DNA from: Pseudomonadota bacterium
Lineage (GTDB): Bacteria; UBA10199; 2-02-FULL-44-16; JBDRGF01
Length of the DNA: 64,000 nucleotides
Reading direction: 5' to 3'
Assembly (NCBI GenBank): GCA_043818055.1
Contig: JBDRGF010000159.1
Span: forward strand, 1-64,000
Shown: piece after piece, positions 40,514 to 50,500 of the stretch
How positions within the stretch are numbered: position 1 is the first letter of the stretch
Layout of the letters: each line of letters opens with the position of its first letter
Made by a program: the position numbers and the translations under genes
The notes under the pieces: model-generated
Databases searched by the model: none
Told to the model about the DNA's origin: nothing
Seen by the model: the letters and a program-made list of their open reading frames with translations, nothing else

Positions 40514-41887
40514 TCACAGTTTTTCCGTCGTCCATTGGATATAATCCCTGATGGCGCCCCAATTCCTTGTTTTATAGAAGTATGTTAAGACGGATTTGAC
40601 TCCAACATAAGATCTATAATGTTTAAACATTGCCCTTCTACAAAAATTATAGAGAACATTTTCGTCAAGATCTTTTCTATAGATAGAAAAATACGGATAT
40701 TCTTTATCTGAGGTAAAATCATATTTATCCTTGCATCGTTCAAATAGTGTGCTTCCGGGCAATGTCCTCAATACCCCCCAGCTAAGAAAGTTTGCTCTGA
40801 TTTCCTTTTGTAGCTGAAGGCCCATTTTTATATCTTCATCAGTTTCATCCGGGTTTCCCACCATAAAAAAAGCAAATGTCGTTATTTTAAGTTCATGGCA
40901 CCACTTAAAGGCATTTCGTATATGCTCTACGGTATAGCCTTTCCTCAATGACTTCAGAACCCTCGGCGAACCGGACTCCACGCCCAAAACTATAAAATAC
41001 AAACCGGCCTTTTTCATTTTGACCAATAGTTCCCTTGTTAAAAAATCTACCCTAGTGGTGCAGGTCCATGGCAGGTTAATTCTTTCTTTAATTAACAAAT
41101 CACAAATATCAAAGGTTCTTTTTTCCAAAATGGTAAAATCATCGTCGAAAAACCTTATCTCTCTTATTGGAAGCCTCCCCTTCCAGTATTTTATCTCTTC
41201 GATAATCCGATCGGGCGACATTGATCTAAGGGTATTCTTAAAAACCGCTTTCGAACAAAAAATACATCTGCCCGGACAACCTCTTGTTGTAACCATTGTT
41301 AAGGGAATACCATACCACCCGTATGGAGGATGAATTTTATATTTGCTCGAATCAACCTGTTCTAGGTCTGGGAATGGAAGGGTATCAAGATTCTCTATGT
41401 ATTCCCGGGGGGGATTAATTATTATCTCATCTCGTTTCCTAAAAGCAATGCCTTTTATATGATCTAACCTGTCTGATTTTAAAGATTCTACAACATCTAC
41501 TATTGTATTCTCACCTTCTCCAATCGCCACCAAATCAATGGAATCTATCTCTTGCAATACTTCCCTCGGAAGAGCTGAGGGATGCGAACCACCAACAATT
41601 ATTTTTATTGTCGGAAACCATGATTTTAATTTATTCGCCAATTCCTTAACAGTAACATATCTTCTGGTAAAAAAAGTAATCCCGATTAAGTCCGGATTAT
41701 ATTCCAATATCTTTTTTCTGAGCGCATAGTCTGATAATGGCTCAGCGCAAAGATCCAGTATCAACGCCTCATGATTATTAGCTTTCAGGAATGAGGATAA
41801 ATACGACAGACTCAATGCTGGAAAAGGGATATTTGATTTTTCAGGCAAGGGATTTATTAATACGACTTTCATCTTATTCCTTTCCAT
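40514..41887 (-). CDS. B12-binding radical SAM protein
   Basis: VLINP, GGSHPS, IGEGE, TRGCPGRCIFC, FFDDDF and GVESGS. Confidence 0.9.
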   Translation of the reverse strand: MERNKMKVVLINPLPEKSNIPFPALSLSYLSSFLKANNHEALILDLCAEPLSDYALRKKILEYNPDLIGITFFTRRYVTVKELANKLKSWFPTIKIIVGGSHPSALPREVLQEIDSIDLVAIGEGENTIVDVVESLKSDRLDHIKGIAFRKRDEIIINPPREYIENLDTLPFPDLEQVDSSKYKIHPPYGWYGIPLTMVTTRGCPGRCIFCSKAVFKNTLRSMSPDRIIEEIKYWKGRLPIREIRFFDDDFTILEKRTFDICDLLIKERINLPWTCTTRVDFLTRELLVKMKKAGLYFIVLGVESGSPRVLKSLRKGYTVEHIRNAFKWCHELKITTFAFFMVGNPDETDEDIKMGLQLQKEIRANFLSWGVLRTLPGSTLFERCKDKYDFTSDKEYPYFSIYRKDLDENVLYNFCRRAMFKHYRSYVGVKSVLTYFYKTRNWGAIRDYIQWTTEKL

Positions 41888-41892
41888 TAAAA

Positions 41893-43029
41893 TCAGAATA
41901 AATTATTCATTTTAATTTCATACCCGATGTTTAATTTTTGCATGCATTGCCGACAAATATCGAATGTATTATAATTTTCCCCGGTTACAAATAAACCGCG
42001 GATTTTCTGTAATTTTCTACTATTCCAGATATCAGATAAATTGTCTTCGTTTATATTTCCCAAAACCAATCCTTTCTCGATTTTGTGAGAGAAGGCTGTG
42101 CAACATATTGAAACATCTCCGTTTATATATACCGCCAGTTGCAACCATGGTGACATGCATAAGAAGCGCCGTCCCCTGGTGTACTTAAACCATGGAAGAT
42201 AGTAGTCGGAATCCTTAAGCCGATACCCTTTTATGGAATCCTTCTCCATTTTATTGACGCCATTTAACAAGCTGGGAAGACTGCTCTTGAGACCAATCTT
42301 TGAGGAAAGCTTCTCGGCCTTCCTTAAAGTGGCAATGATTTTTTCCAGATCATAATTCTCTCTGAACTCCCTTGCGGTTTCTTCTGTAAATTGTGAAAAG
42401 TTTACCGGAACAAAACTAACGAATGAACTATTTAACTCTTTTGCCAGATAGACAAATGGGATAATGTCGTCTAAGTTGTTTTTCTGAATAACAAAATCCA
42501 GACGGCATATTTCTCTTTTAACATCAAGTTCCTTTCTAATCCTATCCAGTCGTCTGATATTACCTAATAATTGATCAAATCCATTGTTTTTCCGTATCTT
42601 TTCGTAGGTCTCCTTTGTCGCTGCATCCATGGAAAATTTGATTAAATTGATGCCATTTTTTATTAAATTGTATGCAGTTCTTTCGTCAAGCAATAGACCG
42701 TTTGTAGTTATGAATGATTTAGATTTATTTTCGCTAGCTATCCTCACCAATTCGCAGATGTCCTTATTCATCAACGGTTCAGCGGAAATGCCACCGAATA
42801 ACATCATTTTTGGCTTTATCTGCGAATACAGCTTTTCTAATGTCTTAATGCTGAGAAATTGCTTCTCAGATTGCTTAAAATATGATTGATTCCGATAACA
42901 CATTTTACAGCTCAAATTGCAAACATTAGATGTGTCTACATTCACCGCAATCGGTTGATTTAGAATCTTTTTATGTTTTAAAATCAGCGAAATGAAAGCC
43001 TTTATATATTCTGACATAAACCGTCCCAT
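41893..43029 (-). CDS. Radical SAM/SPASM-twitch domain protein
   Basis: CNLSCKMC; C-terminal CMSPW...GDVSICC...CRQC. Confidence 0.88.
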   Translation of the reverse strand: MGRFMSEYIKAFISLILKHKKILNQPIAVNVDTSNVCNLSCKMCYRNQSYFKQSEKQFLSIKTLEKLYSQIKPKMMLFGGISAEPLMNKDICELVRIASENKSKSFITTNGLLLDERTAYNLIKNGINLIKFSMDAATKETYEKIRKNNGFDQLLGNIRRLDRIRKELDVKREICRLDFVIQKNNLDDIIPFVYLAKELNSSFVSFVPVNFSQFTEETAREFRENYDLEKIIATLRKAEKLSSKIGLKSSLPSLLNGVNKMEKDSIKGYRLKDSDYYLPWFKYTRGRRFLCMSPWLQLAVYINGDVSICCTAFSHKIEKGLVLGNINEDNLSDIWNSRKLQKIRGLFVTGENYNTFDICRQCMQKLNIGYEIKMNNLF

Positions 43030-43031
43030 AA

Positions 43032-44120
43032 TTATTCAATTGTTATTGAAGAAAACTTTCCTTTTTTTAATTTATTCGCTATTAACAAGGCTATTTTTTC
43101 AAACCTGTATCCTAGAAAGTTTGTAACTGCATCAGTCAAACTAAGCCTTATGCCCGAAGGAATACCTACTATAGGGGGAGTGCCCAAGACAATACAATTA
43201 CCGCATAGTGGCAACAGATCAAGATAATCTCCATCGAGCATTGATTGTCTTAATTTAAGCATTTTATTGCTGTTCCAAATATCTATTAATTTGTTTTCCT
43301 TGATATTTCCTATAACATATTCATGATTGGTATCATAAACACATGGCACAACATCGCCATTCCAGGTGATACATACTGTACTCCACAATCGCGAGCACGG
43401 CGGAAAAAAGCGGTCATGTTTTCTAGGGTTAAAGGTATCTACACCCTCAAAAGTGCTACCCCAGGTTGAAACCTCCCTTAAACGGACCTCATCAATAAGA
43501 CCATTGAATTTTTTCAAAAAAACCTCTTTTTCTTCTCCACTACAATCCCCTATTTCGAGCATTAAGATGGATAATACGGTATAGGGAGATTTTTTTTCTT
43601 TTCTCTTTTTCAATTCTAGGAAGTAAAAAATGTTATCAAGGGTTTTTTCAAAATCAGCACCGACCCTTGCCTTTTCATAGGTTTCCTTATTAAACCCGTC
43701 AAAAGCAAAGCTTATACTGGCTATTCCGGAATACAATAACTGCTCCACCTTTTCCTTAGTCAAGAGGGTAGCATTTGTATTTAGCAAGATCTTTATGTCA
43801 TTAGAACTTGCATATCTTACCATATCGAAGAATTGAGGGTGAAGCAGAGACTCGCCCCCAACTGCCAGGATGATTGCAGATGTATAATCCTTAACCTCAT
43901 CTATTATCTTCTTGAACAGACCATAATCCATATAGCCCTTTTTAACACTTGTCATTCCAGTCCCCGTAGGACACATAATACATTTCAAGTTGCAATGGTT
44001 GGTTGGCTCTAACCAAATAAAACTAGGGGGATTATCTAAATGCACCTTTTTCCTGTGATAATTTTTTAAGGCCCTTATATTATTGAATAGTATTTTAATT
44101 TTTTTTATCATATCTGACAT
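43032..44120 (-). CDS. Radical SAM/SPASM-twitch domain protein
   Basis: CNLKCIMC; PCSRLW...GDVVPC...CGNC. Confidence 0.88.
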   Translation of the reverse strand: MSDMIKKIKILFNNIRALKNYHRKKVHLDNPPSFIWLEPTNHCNLKCIMCPTGTGMTSVKKGYMDYGLFKKIIDEVKDYTSAIILAVGGESLLHPQFFDMVRYASSNDIKILLNTNATLLTKEKVEQLLYSGIASISFAFDGFNKETYEKARVGADFEKTLDNIFYFLELKKRKEKKSPYTVLSILMLEIGDCSGEEKEVFLKKFNGLIDEVRLREVSTWGSTFEGVDTFNPRKHDRFFPPCSRLWSTVCITWNGDVVPCVYDTNHEYVIGNIKENKLIDIWNSNKMLKLRQSMLDGDYLDLLPLCGNCIVLGTPPIVGIPSGIRLSLTDAVTNFLGYRFEKIALLIANKLKKGKFSSITIE

Positions 44121-44134
44121 TTATTAATTACTAA

Positions 44135-45586
44135 CTAACCGCATATCCGATGGTTTATCATAGCTACTTTTAAAGCTTCAAAATAATTTGTATAGGACTT
44201 CTTGGTCTTTTGAGTATAAAGTTGTCTCAGCAATACATATGGACGAAAAACCAACATTTCTAAGAGGAAGAGGCTAAAGCGTGGATACGTGAATAGATTA
44301 AGGTTAGCATTCTTTTGCCCCAACGAGAGAAACTTTGATCTATAGTATAATAATTCATTTCTCGATAGAGTTGACCGAAAATTGGGATTTTCCGTTAACG
44401 AAAACGATAGATCATCCAACATCTCTCCATCTTGCTCATTATAGTAGGAAGTACCTGGCATAGGCATATAATAGTTTACTGTTACAAAAGTTGGTTTGAC
44501 CTCTTTCAACAATTCTACGGTTTGGTCCATATCGCGTTTGGTCTCTCCAGGAAGGCCTATGATAAGAAATATATATGTATATATACCAGCGTCGTTGATA
44601 GCCTTGATTGCCGTTTTAACCTGTTCAATTGTAATCCCCTTATTCATATCAATAAGCATTCTTGGAGACCCAGATTCAACCCCTAGTGCCAATTGCATAA
44701 AGCCCGCTTCCTTCATCAATTTCAACGTTTCTTTTGAACCTACCTTATCTACTCTTGTCTGTGCATATATCTTCAATTTTATCTTCTCTTTTAATAGTCC
44801 TTCACAGAATTCCGTAACGCGTCTATCAGTGAAATAAAAGAGGTCGTCCAGAAGGACAAGTCCCTTAATCTTATATCTGTCTATCTGCCATTTGATCTCA
44901 TCTATTATTTCGCCGATAGGCCTTTCGCGGTACACGTTCCTTATTGGCTCAGTACAAAACTTACATCTAAATGGACATCCTCTATTGGCCATCAGAAAAC
45001 CCGTCTTGATGAAATGCCCAGGTATACCACCCAGCTTGATATTTGTATAGTGAACATAGTCCACTAAATCAACTGCGGGATATAAAAGATTATAGAGATC
45101 CTTCGGTTCTCTTCGAGATGTTTGGAAAACCTTCCGTTCTTTCAAGAAGGCAATGCCTTTTATGTCTTCCAATGTCTTACTTGAATCATAAGCATTTATG
45201 AGTTCAACCGCTGTTTCTTCACCTTCGCCAATTACTACCACATCGGCTGAATAGCTTAGATATTTTTCAGGTGAAAAAGAGGGGTCTTTTCCACCGCATA
45301 TGATGATTTTATCCTTGGTAGTCTCTCTTACCTTTTTTATTATCCTTGAGGCAACCTTTCTATTCCAACTTATGACTCCTAAACCAATGAAATCGGGATC
45401 AAAAATGTAGAGCTCCTCCCACAATTTCTTATTTTTTCGGGTATTAAAATCTTCATCGATAAATTCGATTATCTTCACCTCATGTTGTGCTCTTCTAAGA
45501 TAACTAGCTACATATAGTAAACCCAAGGCAGGACGCCATCCTTTTCTAGGATTTATAAGTAATATTTTCTTTCTCATATTATACAA
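44135..45586 (-). CDS. B12-binding radical SAM protein
   Basis: LLINP, LGLLYVASYL, IGEGE, RGCPFRCKFC and GVESGS. Confidence 0.9.
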   Translation of the reverse strand: MYNMRKKILLINPRKGWRPALGLLYVASYLRRAQHEVKIIEFIDEDFNTRKNKKLWEELYIFDPDFIGLGVISWNRKVASRIIKKVRETTKDKIIICGGKDPSFSPEKYLSYSADVVVIGEGEETAVELINAYDSSKTLEDIKGIAFLKERKVFQTSRREPKDLYNLLYPAVDLVDYVHYTNIKLGGIPGHFIKTGFLMANRGCPFRCKFCTEPIRNVYRERPIGEIIDEIKWQIDRYKIKGLVLLDDLFYFTDRRVTEFCEGLLKEKIKLKIYAQTRVDKVGSKETLKLMKEAGFMQLALGVESGSPRMLIDMNKGITIEQVKTAIKAINDAGIYTYIFLIIGLPGETKRDMDQTVELLKEVKPTFVTVNYYMPMPGTSYYNEQDGEMLDDLSFSLTENPNFRSTLSRNELLYYRSKFLSLGQKNANLNLFTYPRFSLFLLEMLVFRPYVLLRQLYTQKTKKSYTNYFEALKVAMINHRICG

Positions 45587-46589
45587 CCTGTTTTATCCGC
45601 AAGAAATCGCATCTTCTGCAGAAGTCAAATTCTTCCTGGTGTTTCCTGAGATAATTGAATTTCTCACCACACCATACTTCTCTTATGTCCTTTTCCAGCA
45701 TGTTGCCCATATTTAGTTCTTTAGAAAAACAACAAGGATAGACATCGCCATTTTGAGCAATAAATACGAAATCTTGAAATCTGTAACAATATGTATCGAG
45801 TCTTAGAAGAAACTTGAAATACTTGTAAAAAAACCCTTTCCATCCATCGAATATTTGATCTTGGAGATAGTCAATTCTTATCTTGTATCTCTTTCTTAAC
45901 CTAGCAAATTCATTAAATATCTCTCTTTCTTCTATCAAGTTAGGCCGTTTCATGTCAGGGACAAACCTTAAATCAACGCGAACGACATTGATCCTATCAA
46001 CACAATTTTCAGCACCCCACTTGATTATCTCATAAACATCTTGCACTTTATCGCTAAACAGAATGGGCTGAAGCGTAACTCTTGGTGTTAAAGAACCCAG
46101 TTCCTTTTTCATCTCAATCAATCTTTTTATGTTCCTTAGCGCTTTTACATTTGGATGGGATATTTCACTGTTTTCCTTCAGACTTTCAATGGAAAACGAA
46201 ATCCAGTCCAGTTTTGACCGAATTACTTTCTCCATCTTCTCTTCATCTTCTAACAACAAACCATTTGTCGTTATCTGAACTTCCAAACCTCTTTCCTTAC
46301 AGTATCTTATGGCCTCATAAAATCTAGGGTATGTTAATGTTTCTCCAATTCCCACCAAAATCACAGTCTTTACCGCTTCAAGTCTATCTACCACTTTCTT
46401 GAATAACTCGTAATCCATATGAGTTCGTTCGATATCAATATAATTTCTGATGCACATCTTACAATCTAAATTACAACAATTGGTAATACATATCTGTGCA
46501 AAACGAGGTGAGCTCTCTGGTATATGCAAGATTTTCCTTATCGCTGTAGAGATAAAGCTTCTACTCATATTAATAAACAAGCCTCTCAT
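45579..46589 (-). CDS. Radical SAM/SPASM-twitch domain protein
   Basis: CNLDCKMC; YCYR...GDVYPCC...CRRC. Confidence 0.88.
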   Translation of the reverse strand: MRGLFINMSRSFISTAIRKILHIPESSPRFAQICITNCCNLDCKMCIRNYIDIERTHMDYELFKKVVDRLEAVKTVILVGIGETLTYPRFYEAIRYCKERGLEVQITTNGLLLEDEEKMEKVIRSKLDWISFSIESLKENSEISHPNVKALRNIKRLIEMKKELGSLTPRVTLQPILFSDKVQDVYEIIKWGAENCVDRINVVRVDLRFVPDMKRPNLIEEREIFNEFARLRKRYKIRIDYLQDQIFDGWKGFFYKYFKFLLRLDTYCYRFQDFVFIAQNGDVYPCCFSKELNMGNMLEKDIREVWCGEKFNYLRKHQEEFDFCRRCDFLRIKQVV

Positions 46590-47634
46590 CTAAATTCTCC
46601 TGACTTTGCTGGGCACGCTTGATTAGCTCTTTATTAAAGATATAATAAAGATAGCTAATGAACGCTACAAAAATTAAAGACGCCTCACCAAGTATTCTCG
46701 AAACCACTACAAAAATCCCAGCCTCAGGCGCATTAACACCCATCAATACCAAAACCCCAAACCAACTGACATCAAGTGATCCAAGAGCCCCTGGAATAAA
46801 TGTTGCAATAATTATGACCTGAACCACGGCAGAGCCTAATAAGATATAGTAAAAAGGGATGTTGATCTGTAAAGCTAAAATAATAATATAAACCCGTAAT
46901 GTTATGCATAATTGTTTCAAACAGGAGTAAAAAAATAATCTAATGGCAATACTTCTACTAAATGGGTTGAGTTTTTCGGACATTATAGAATTGTTCTGAA
47001 ACCTTCTTTTGAAAAAGAAAACCTTGGAAACGATCTTAAGTAAAAACCTATAAACCCGTATTATCAATCCGAATATCATTCCATTTTTATAAACAATCAA
47101 ACCAAACAATGAGAGGATCGACACAACAATAAATGTAACCGAGGCCTCTAAAGATAAAATGTCAACAAAAAAAAGCAATGATGGGATAACCAGTAAAATG
47201 AGTATTAATAAATCAAATAATTGTTCGATAAAGATTGCCAGTACCCCTTTGTCTGCTGGTATTTTATGTAATAACTTCATGGAAATAGTTTTAAGGCCAT
47301 AATTTCCACTTTGTGGTATTATAGTATTCAATATCATAGCTATTGCACAATTGTATAAAAAATAACCTTTGGGGATTTTACTAATGTCCACTAAATTATT
47401 TAAAATCATTTTCCATTTTAAACCTGAAATACTAAGAATGAAAAAATTTGTAATTACTATAGCAATGAGATAATAATATTTAATATTACGAAGATTATTT
47501 ATAACCATTTTTGGTGAAATGCCGGCGAGCCTTATCATCAAGACAATCAAAAAAAAACCCAGAACAGCTAAAGATGAATTAATGATAATTTTATAATGTT
47601 GTTTAAAAAAAATTTTACCTGAAATTAATTTCAT
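46570..47634 (-). CDS. Lysylphosphatidylglycerol synthase TM / flippase-like membrane protein
   Basis: Multi-TM protein; KWKMIL, EQLFD and IPGALG motifs; same family pattern as 1386-2300. Confidence 0.75.
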   Translation of the reverse strand: MKLISGKIFFKQHYKIIINSSLAVLGFFLIVLMIRLAGISPKMVINNLRNIKYYYLIAIVITNFFILSISGLKWKMILNNLVDISKIPKGYFLYNCAIAMILNTIIPQSGNYGLKTISMKLLHKIPADKGVLAIFIEQLFDLLILILLVIPSLLFFVDILSLEASVTFIVVSILSLFGLIVYKNGMIFGLIIRVYRFLLKIVSKVFFFKRRFQNNSIMSEKLNPFSRSIAIRLFFYSCLKQLCITLRVYIIILALQINIPFYYILLGSAVVQVIIIATFIPGALGSLDVSWFGVLVLMGVNAPEAGIFVVVSRILGEASLIFVAFISYLYYIFNKELIKRAQQSQENLDERLVY

Positions 47635-47663
47635 TCTTTATCCCCATCTCAACACCTATCCAA

Positions 47664-48923
47664 TCACTTGTTCAACCTCATTCTGAAAAAATCTTTTACA
47701 CTGCTGGCAATGTAGCGAATGTCTTTTTCAGTCAAGCTGGGATGGCAAGGCAAGTAGATAATTTTGCCGTTAAGCTTACTGGCATTAGGAAAAACACTGT
47801 TAACATAAGGTTGAAAACGCTTCATCTGAGTGATATCTTCGGCCGATTCATCTTGGGCATCAATTTTGTTTTTTAGAAGATATTCTTGAAGGTCTTTTTT
47901 TCTTTCCGTCCAAATAGCATAGTGGACACAAACATGTTCTCTATCGGTTGGATCGGATGGGATATGAAGCTCTTTGATACTTTTTAGTTCATTATTTAGA
48001 ATTTTGAGATACTCTCGACGCCGTTGATTAGTTGAGTCAATCGTCATAATCTGGCGCAGTCCCATCCTTGCCTGAATACTATACATATCTATCTTGAAAT
48101 CTTCTGGGACGCCGTTGTAGTAAGGTTTTTTGATTCGAAACCACGAAGCAAACCTTTCATCTTCTTCTATCTGATATCTGTAACTAAGTGGAAAGAGAGT
48201 AAATCTATGTATCAAAGGCGTATTGAGAAATTTGAGCAAGCAGCCTTTGAAAATACCATGGTAAAGATTCTTCACCGAAATAGTTTTGAAGTCTCGTTTC
48301 AACTCACGTAGTCGTTCAATAAAGATTTGGTCGTTGGAAGTGACCATGCCTCCACCAAATCCGTAAAAGGATTTTCCGTATCCAAAACTGAAAGCACCAA
48401 TGTCAAAAGAACCAACTCGCCTATCCTGAAACCGGCTACCACAAGAGCGAGCACAGTCTTCAATAACACGGAGATTATACTTCCGAGCTACATCCATAAC
48501 AGCCTTTATATCGGCAGGAAGACCGTTAAGATGCGCGAGCAAAATGACTCGGGTTTTGGAGGTGATAGCATTTTCTATTTTTGAGCTATCAATATTCAAT
48601 GTTTCAAAGTCAACATCAACAAATATTGGCTTCAATCCGGCCAAGAGAACCACAGCTGCATCCACCCAAAAGGTAAATGCAGGAAGAATAACCTCATCAC
48701 CATCCTCTAAATTCAAGGCCTTAAGGCAAAAGTAGAGCGCGCTGCGGCATTTTGGAAAGGCTACTGCTTCTCTGGTGCCAATAAATCGGGCGTAGGCCCT
48801 TTCAAATTCAGATAACAATAACCGACCCCCGGCCATAGATGGATTGAGAACGCGAAACAGGGCTGACATTACCTCGACTGTTTTAAGATCAACCCAGACC
48901 CTAGGATATGCCTTAAACATCAT
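47664..48923 (-). CDS. DegT/DnrJ/EryC1/StrS aminotransferase (divergent)
   Basis: EVILPAFT, IEDCARS and FSFGYGKSF. Confidence 0.85.
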   Translation of the reverse strand: MMFKAYPRVWVDLKTVEVMSALFRVLNPSMAGGRLLLSEFERAYARFIGTREAVAFPKCRSALYFCLKALNLEDGDEVILPAFTFWVDAAVVLLAGLKPIFVDVDFETLNIDSSKIENAITSKTRVILLAHLNGLPADIKAVMDVARKYNLRVIEDCARSCGSRFQDRRVGSFDIGAFSFGYGKSFYGFGGGMVTSNDQIFIERLRELKRDFKTISVKNLYHGIFKGCLLKFLNTPLIHRFTLFPLSYRYQIEEDERFASWFRIKKPYYNGVPEDFKIDMYSIQARMGLRQIMTIDSTNQRRREYLKILNNELKSIKELHIPSDPTDREHVCVHYAIWTERKKDLQEYLLKNKIDAQDESAEDITQMKRFQPYVNSVFPNASKLNGKIIYLPCHPSLTEKDIRYIASSVKDFFRMRLNK

Positions 48924-48969
48924 TCACCAACCATTTCTTCACATTTCTGATAATAAAATTGTCCCAAAT

Positions 48970-49245
48970 CCAGACCCTTCTCTTCCATTTACGGTTTATC
49001 AATCAATATACCATCACGCTATTTTACTCTCCAACAACCTATCTATTACACCATGTGATATATCACGTACTTCCGTGCCGCTTCTGCTGACATTACCAAT
49101 CTAGATTCGATTTCTTCGACCACTTGCCGTTTAAACCCTTTCTCAAATTTCCTTCTCGTCACTCCCATCACAAATCTCCCCTCTAGCTAAGTTCTCTGAG
49201 ATTTGCAACATCCTTTCTCATTTTTTAGTCCAAAATCTCAACCCA
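48970..49245 (-). mobile_element. Degenerate IS3-family transposase OrfA (HTH) relic
   Basis: RBS GAGGGGAG then ATG at 49168: MGVTRRKFEKGFKRQVVEEIESRLVMSAEAARKY; continues in shifted frames as DISHGVIDR...RDGILIDKP*MEEKGL. Confidence 0.6.
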
Positions 49246-49347
49246 TAAGTATGCATATCAAAGTAAACCAAGAGGCAATATCGAGTTCGAGGCACACGAA
49301 ACTGAATTGATCAATACTACATGCATTTTTTCACTTTAGAAAAATAT

Positions 49348-49521
49348 TTATTCAAGCGATGACGTAACGGCACTGCCTCCATTACCAAAAATGAAGATGT
49401 TTACCGCATTTTCATACGCTAGAATAAGTTCAGAAATAAAACCCTTAAACTCTCTCTCATCAACTTTATCAAAGATGTTGATCAGTTCGGTAAAATATTG
49501 TCTCAAGAAGACCTCTTTCAT
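49348..49521 (-). pseudogene. gmhA: Truncated gmhA (57-aa N-terminal fragment)
   Basis: Hand translation: MKEVFLRQYFTELINIFDKVDEREFKGFISELILAYENAVNIFIFGNGGSAVTSSLE*; contains the GmhA GNGGSA motif; directly after hddA. Confidence 0.8.
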
Positions 49522-49530
49522 AATAAACTA

Positions 49531-50499
49531 TTACTCGCGGAATAACAATTTGGAACCTTCCGAATCGATGCTAAATGGTAGCGACCTACACCCCATTTTC
49601 TGTTCCAATTGTCCATGATCCACCGCATAAACAAGCATAAAACCAGCCCCGCCAGCGCCCAGAAGCTTACCACCCGACGCTCCACCCTCTATTGCCTTTT
49701 TGTACATTGCATCGATCTCATGATTAGAAATACCTGACGCAAGTTCCCTTTTGTAACACCACCCTTTATTTAAATATTCTCCGACTAAATCGTACTTACC
49801 CTTCGAGAGTTTGTCCTTTAGATCATCTGCCATGGAAGCCATGTCTTTCACGCACAGCATCATTGAATCCTGAGATAAGTTATCTCTTTGTCTGGAAAGA
49901 ATATCTGCCGATCGCCTCTCTCCACCCGTGTAATATAAACGTAAACATTCTTCAAACTTCTTAATAGTAACGATGTCCAATTCGATCGGATACACATTTA
50001 CAGTTTCATCCTTATTAAATCTAATATAATTAAGTCCTCCGTAGGCAACGGCATATTGGTCCTGTTTTCCAACAGGATCTCCAAGAACATCCATCTCTAT
50101 TTCACATGATTCCCTAGCCAATCGTTCCTTTGAAACTTCAATTCCCCTATAAGCATAGAGAGCATTCAAAAGGCCGACTGTAAACGAACTGGATGAACCA
50201 AGGCCAGTACCCTTAGGGACATCAGCAAAGCTTGCTATCTCGATACCTTTATCAATTTCCACTTTTTCCAAACAAGCCTTAACAATCGGATGCTTAATAT
50301 CTTTAACGTTGGAAACATCTTCGGTTTTAGAATATTTTACGCGTATCTTGTCATGAAAGTAAGGATGAATCACTATGTACATGTACTTTCTAATCGCAGC
50401 ACTCACAACAGATCCATAGCCACTCTTCGAATAAAATTCTCTCAAATCGCTTCCTCCACCGACAAAACTCACTCTAAAAGGAGTTCTCGTTATTATCAT
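49531..50499 (-). CDS. hddA: D-glycero-alpha-D-manno-heptose-7-phosphate kinase (GHMP kinase)
   Basis: MIITRTPFRVSFVGGGSD, PKGTGLGSSS, GKQDQY and GGKLLGAGGAGF. Confidence 0.88.
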   Translation of the reverse strand: MIITRTPFRVSFVGGGSDLREFYSKSGYGSVVSAAIRKYMYIVIHPYFHDKIRVKYSKTEDVSNVKDIKHPIVKACLEKVEIDKGIEIASFADVPKGTGLGSSSSFTVGLLNALYAYRGIEVSKERLARESCEIEMDVLGDPVGKQDQYAVAYGGLNYIRFNKDETVNVYPIELDIVTIKKFEECLRLYYTGGERRSADILSRQRDNLSQDSMMLCVKDMASMADDLKDKLSKGKYDLVGEYLNKGWCYKRELASGISNHEIDAMYKKAIEGGASGGKLLGAGGAGFMLVYAVDHGQLEQKMGCRSLPFSIDSEGSKLLFRE

Positions 50500-50500
50500 A

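Noticed and set aside
41893..46589. RiPP cluster built on SPASM enzymes
   Set aside because: No precursor peptide, RRE/PqqD domain, peptidase or ABC exporter is seen; intergenic gaps are too short to hold a precursor.
33552..47634. Hopanoid side-chain cluster (HpnJ-, HpnA-, HpnL-like genes)
   Set aside because: Resemblance is at family level only; no squalene-hopene cyclase, HpnH or HpnG is seen, and the context is nucleotide-sugar biosynthesis.
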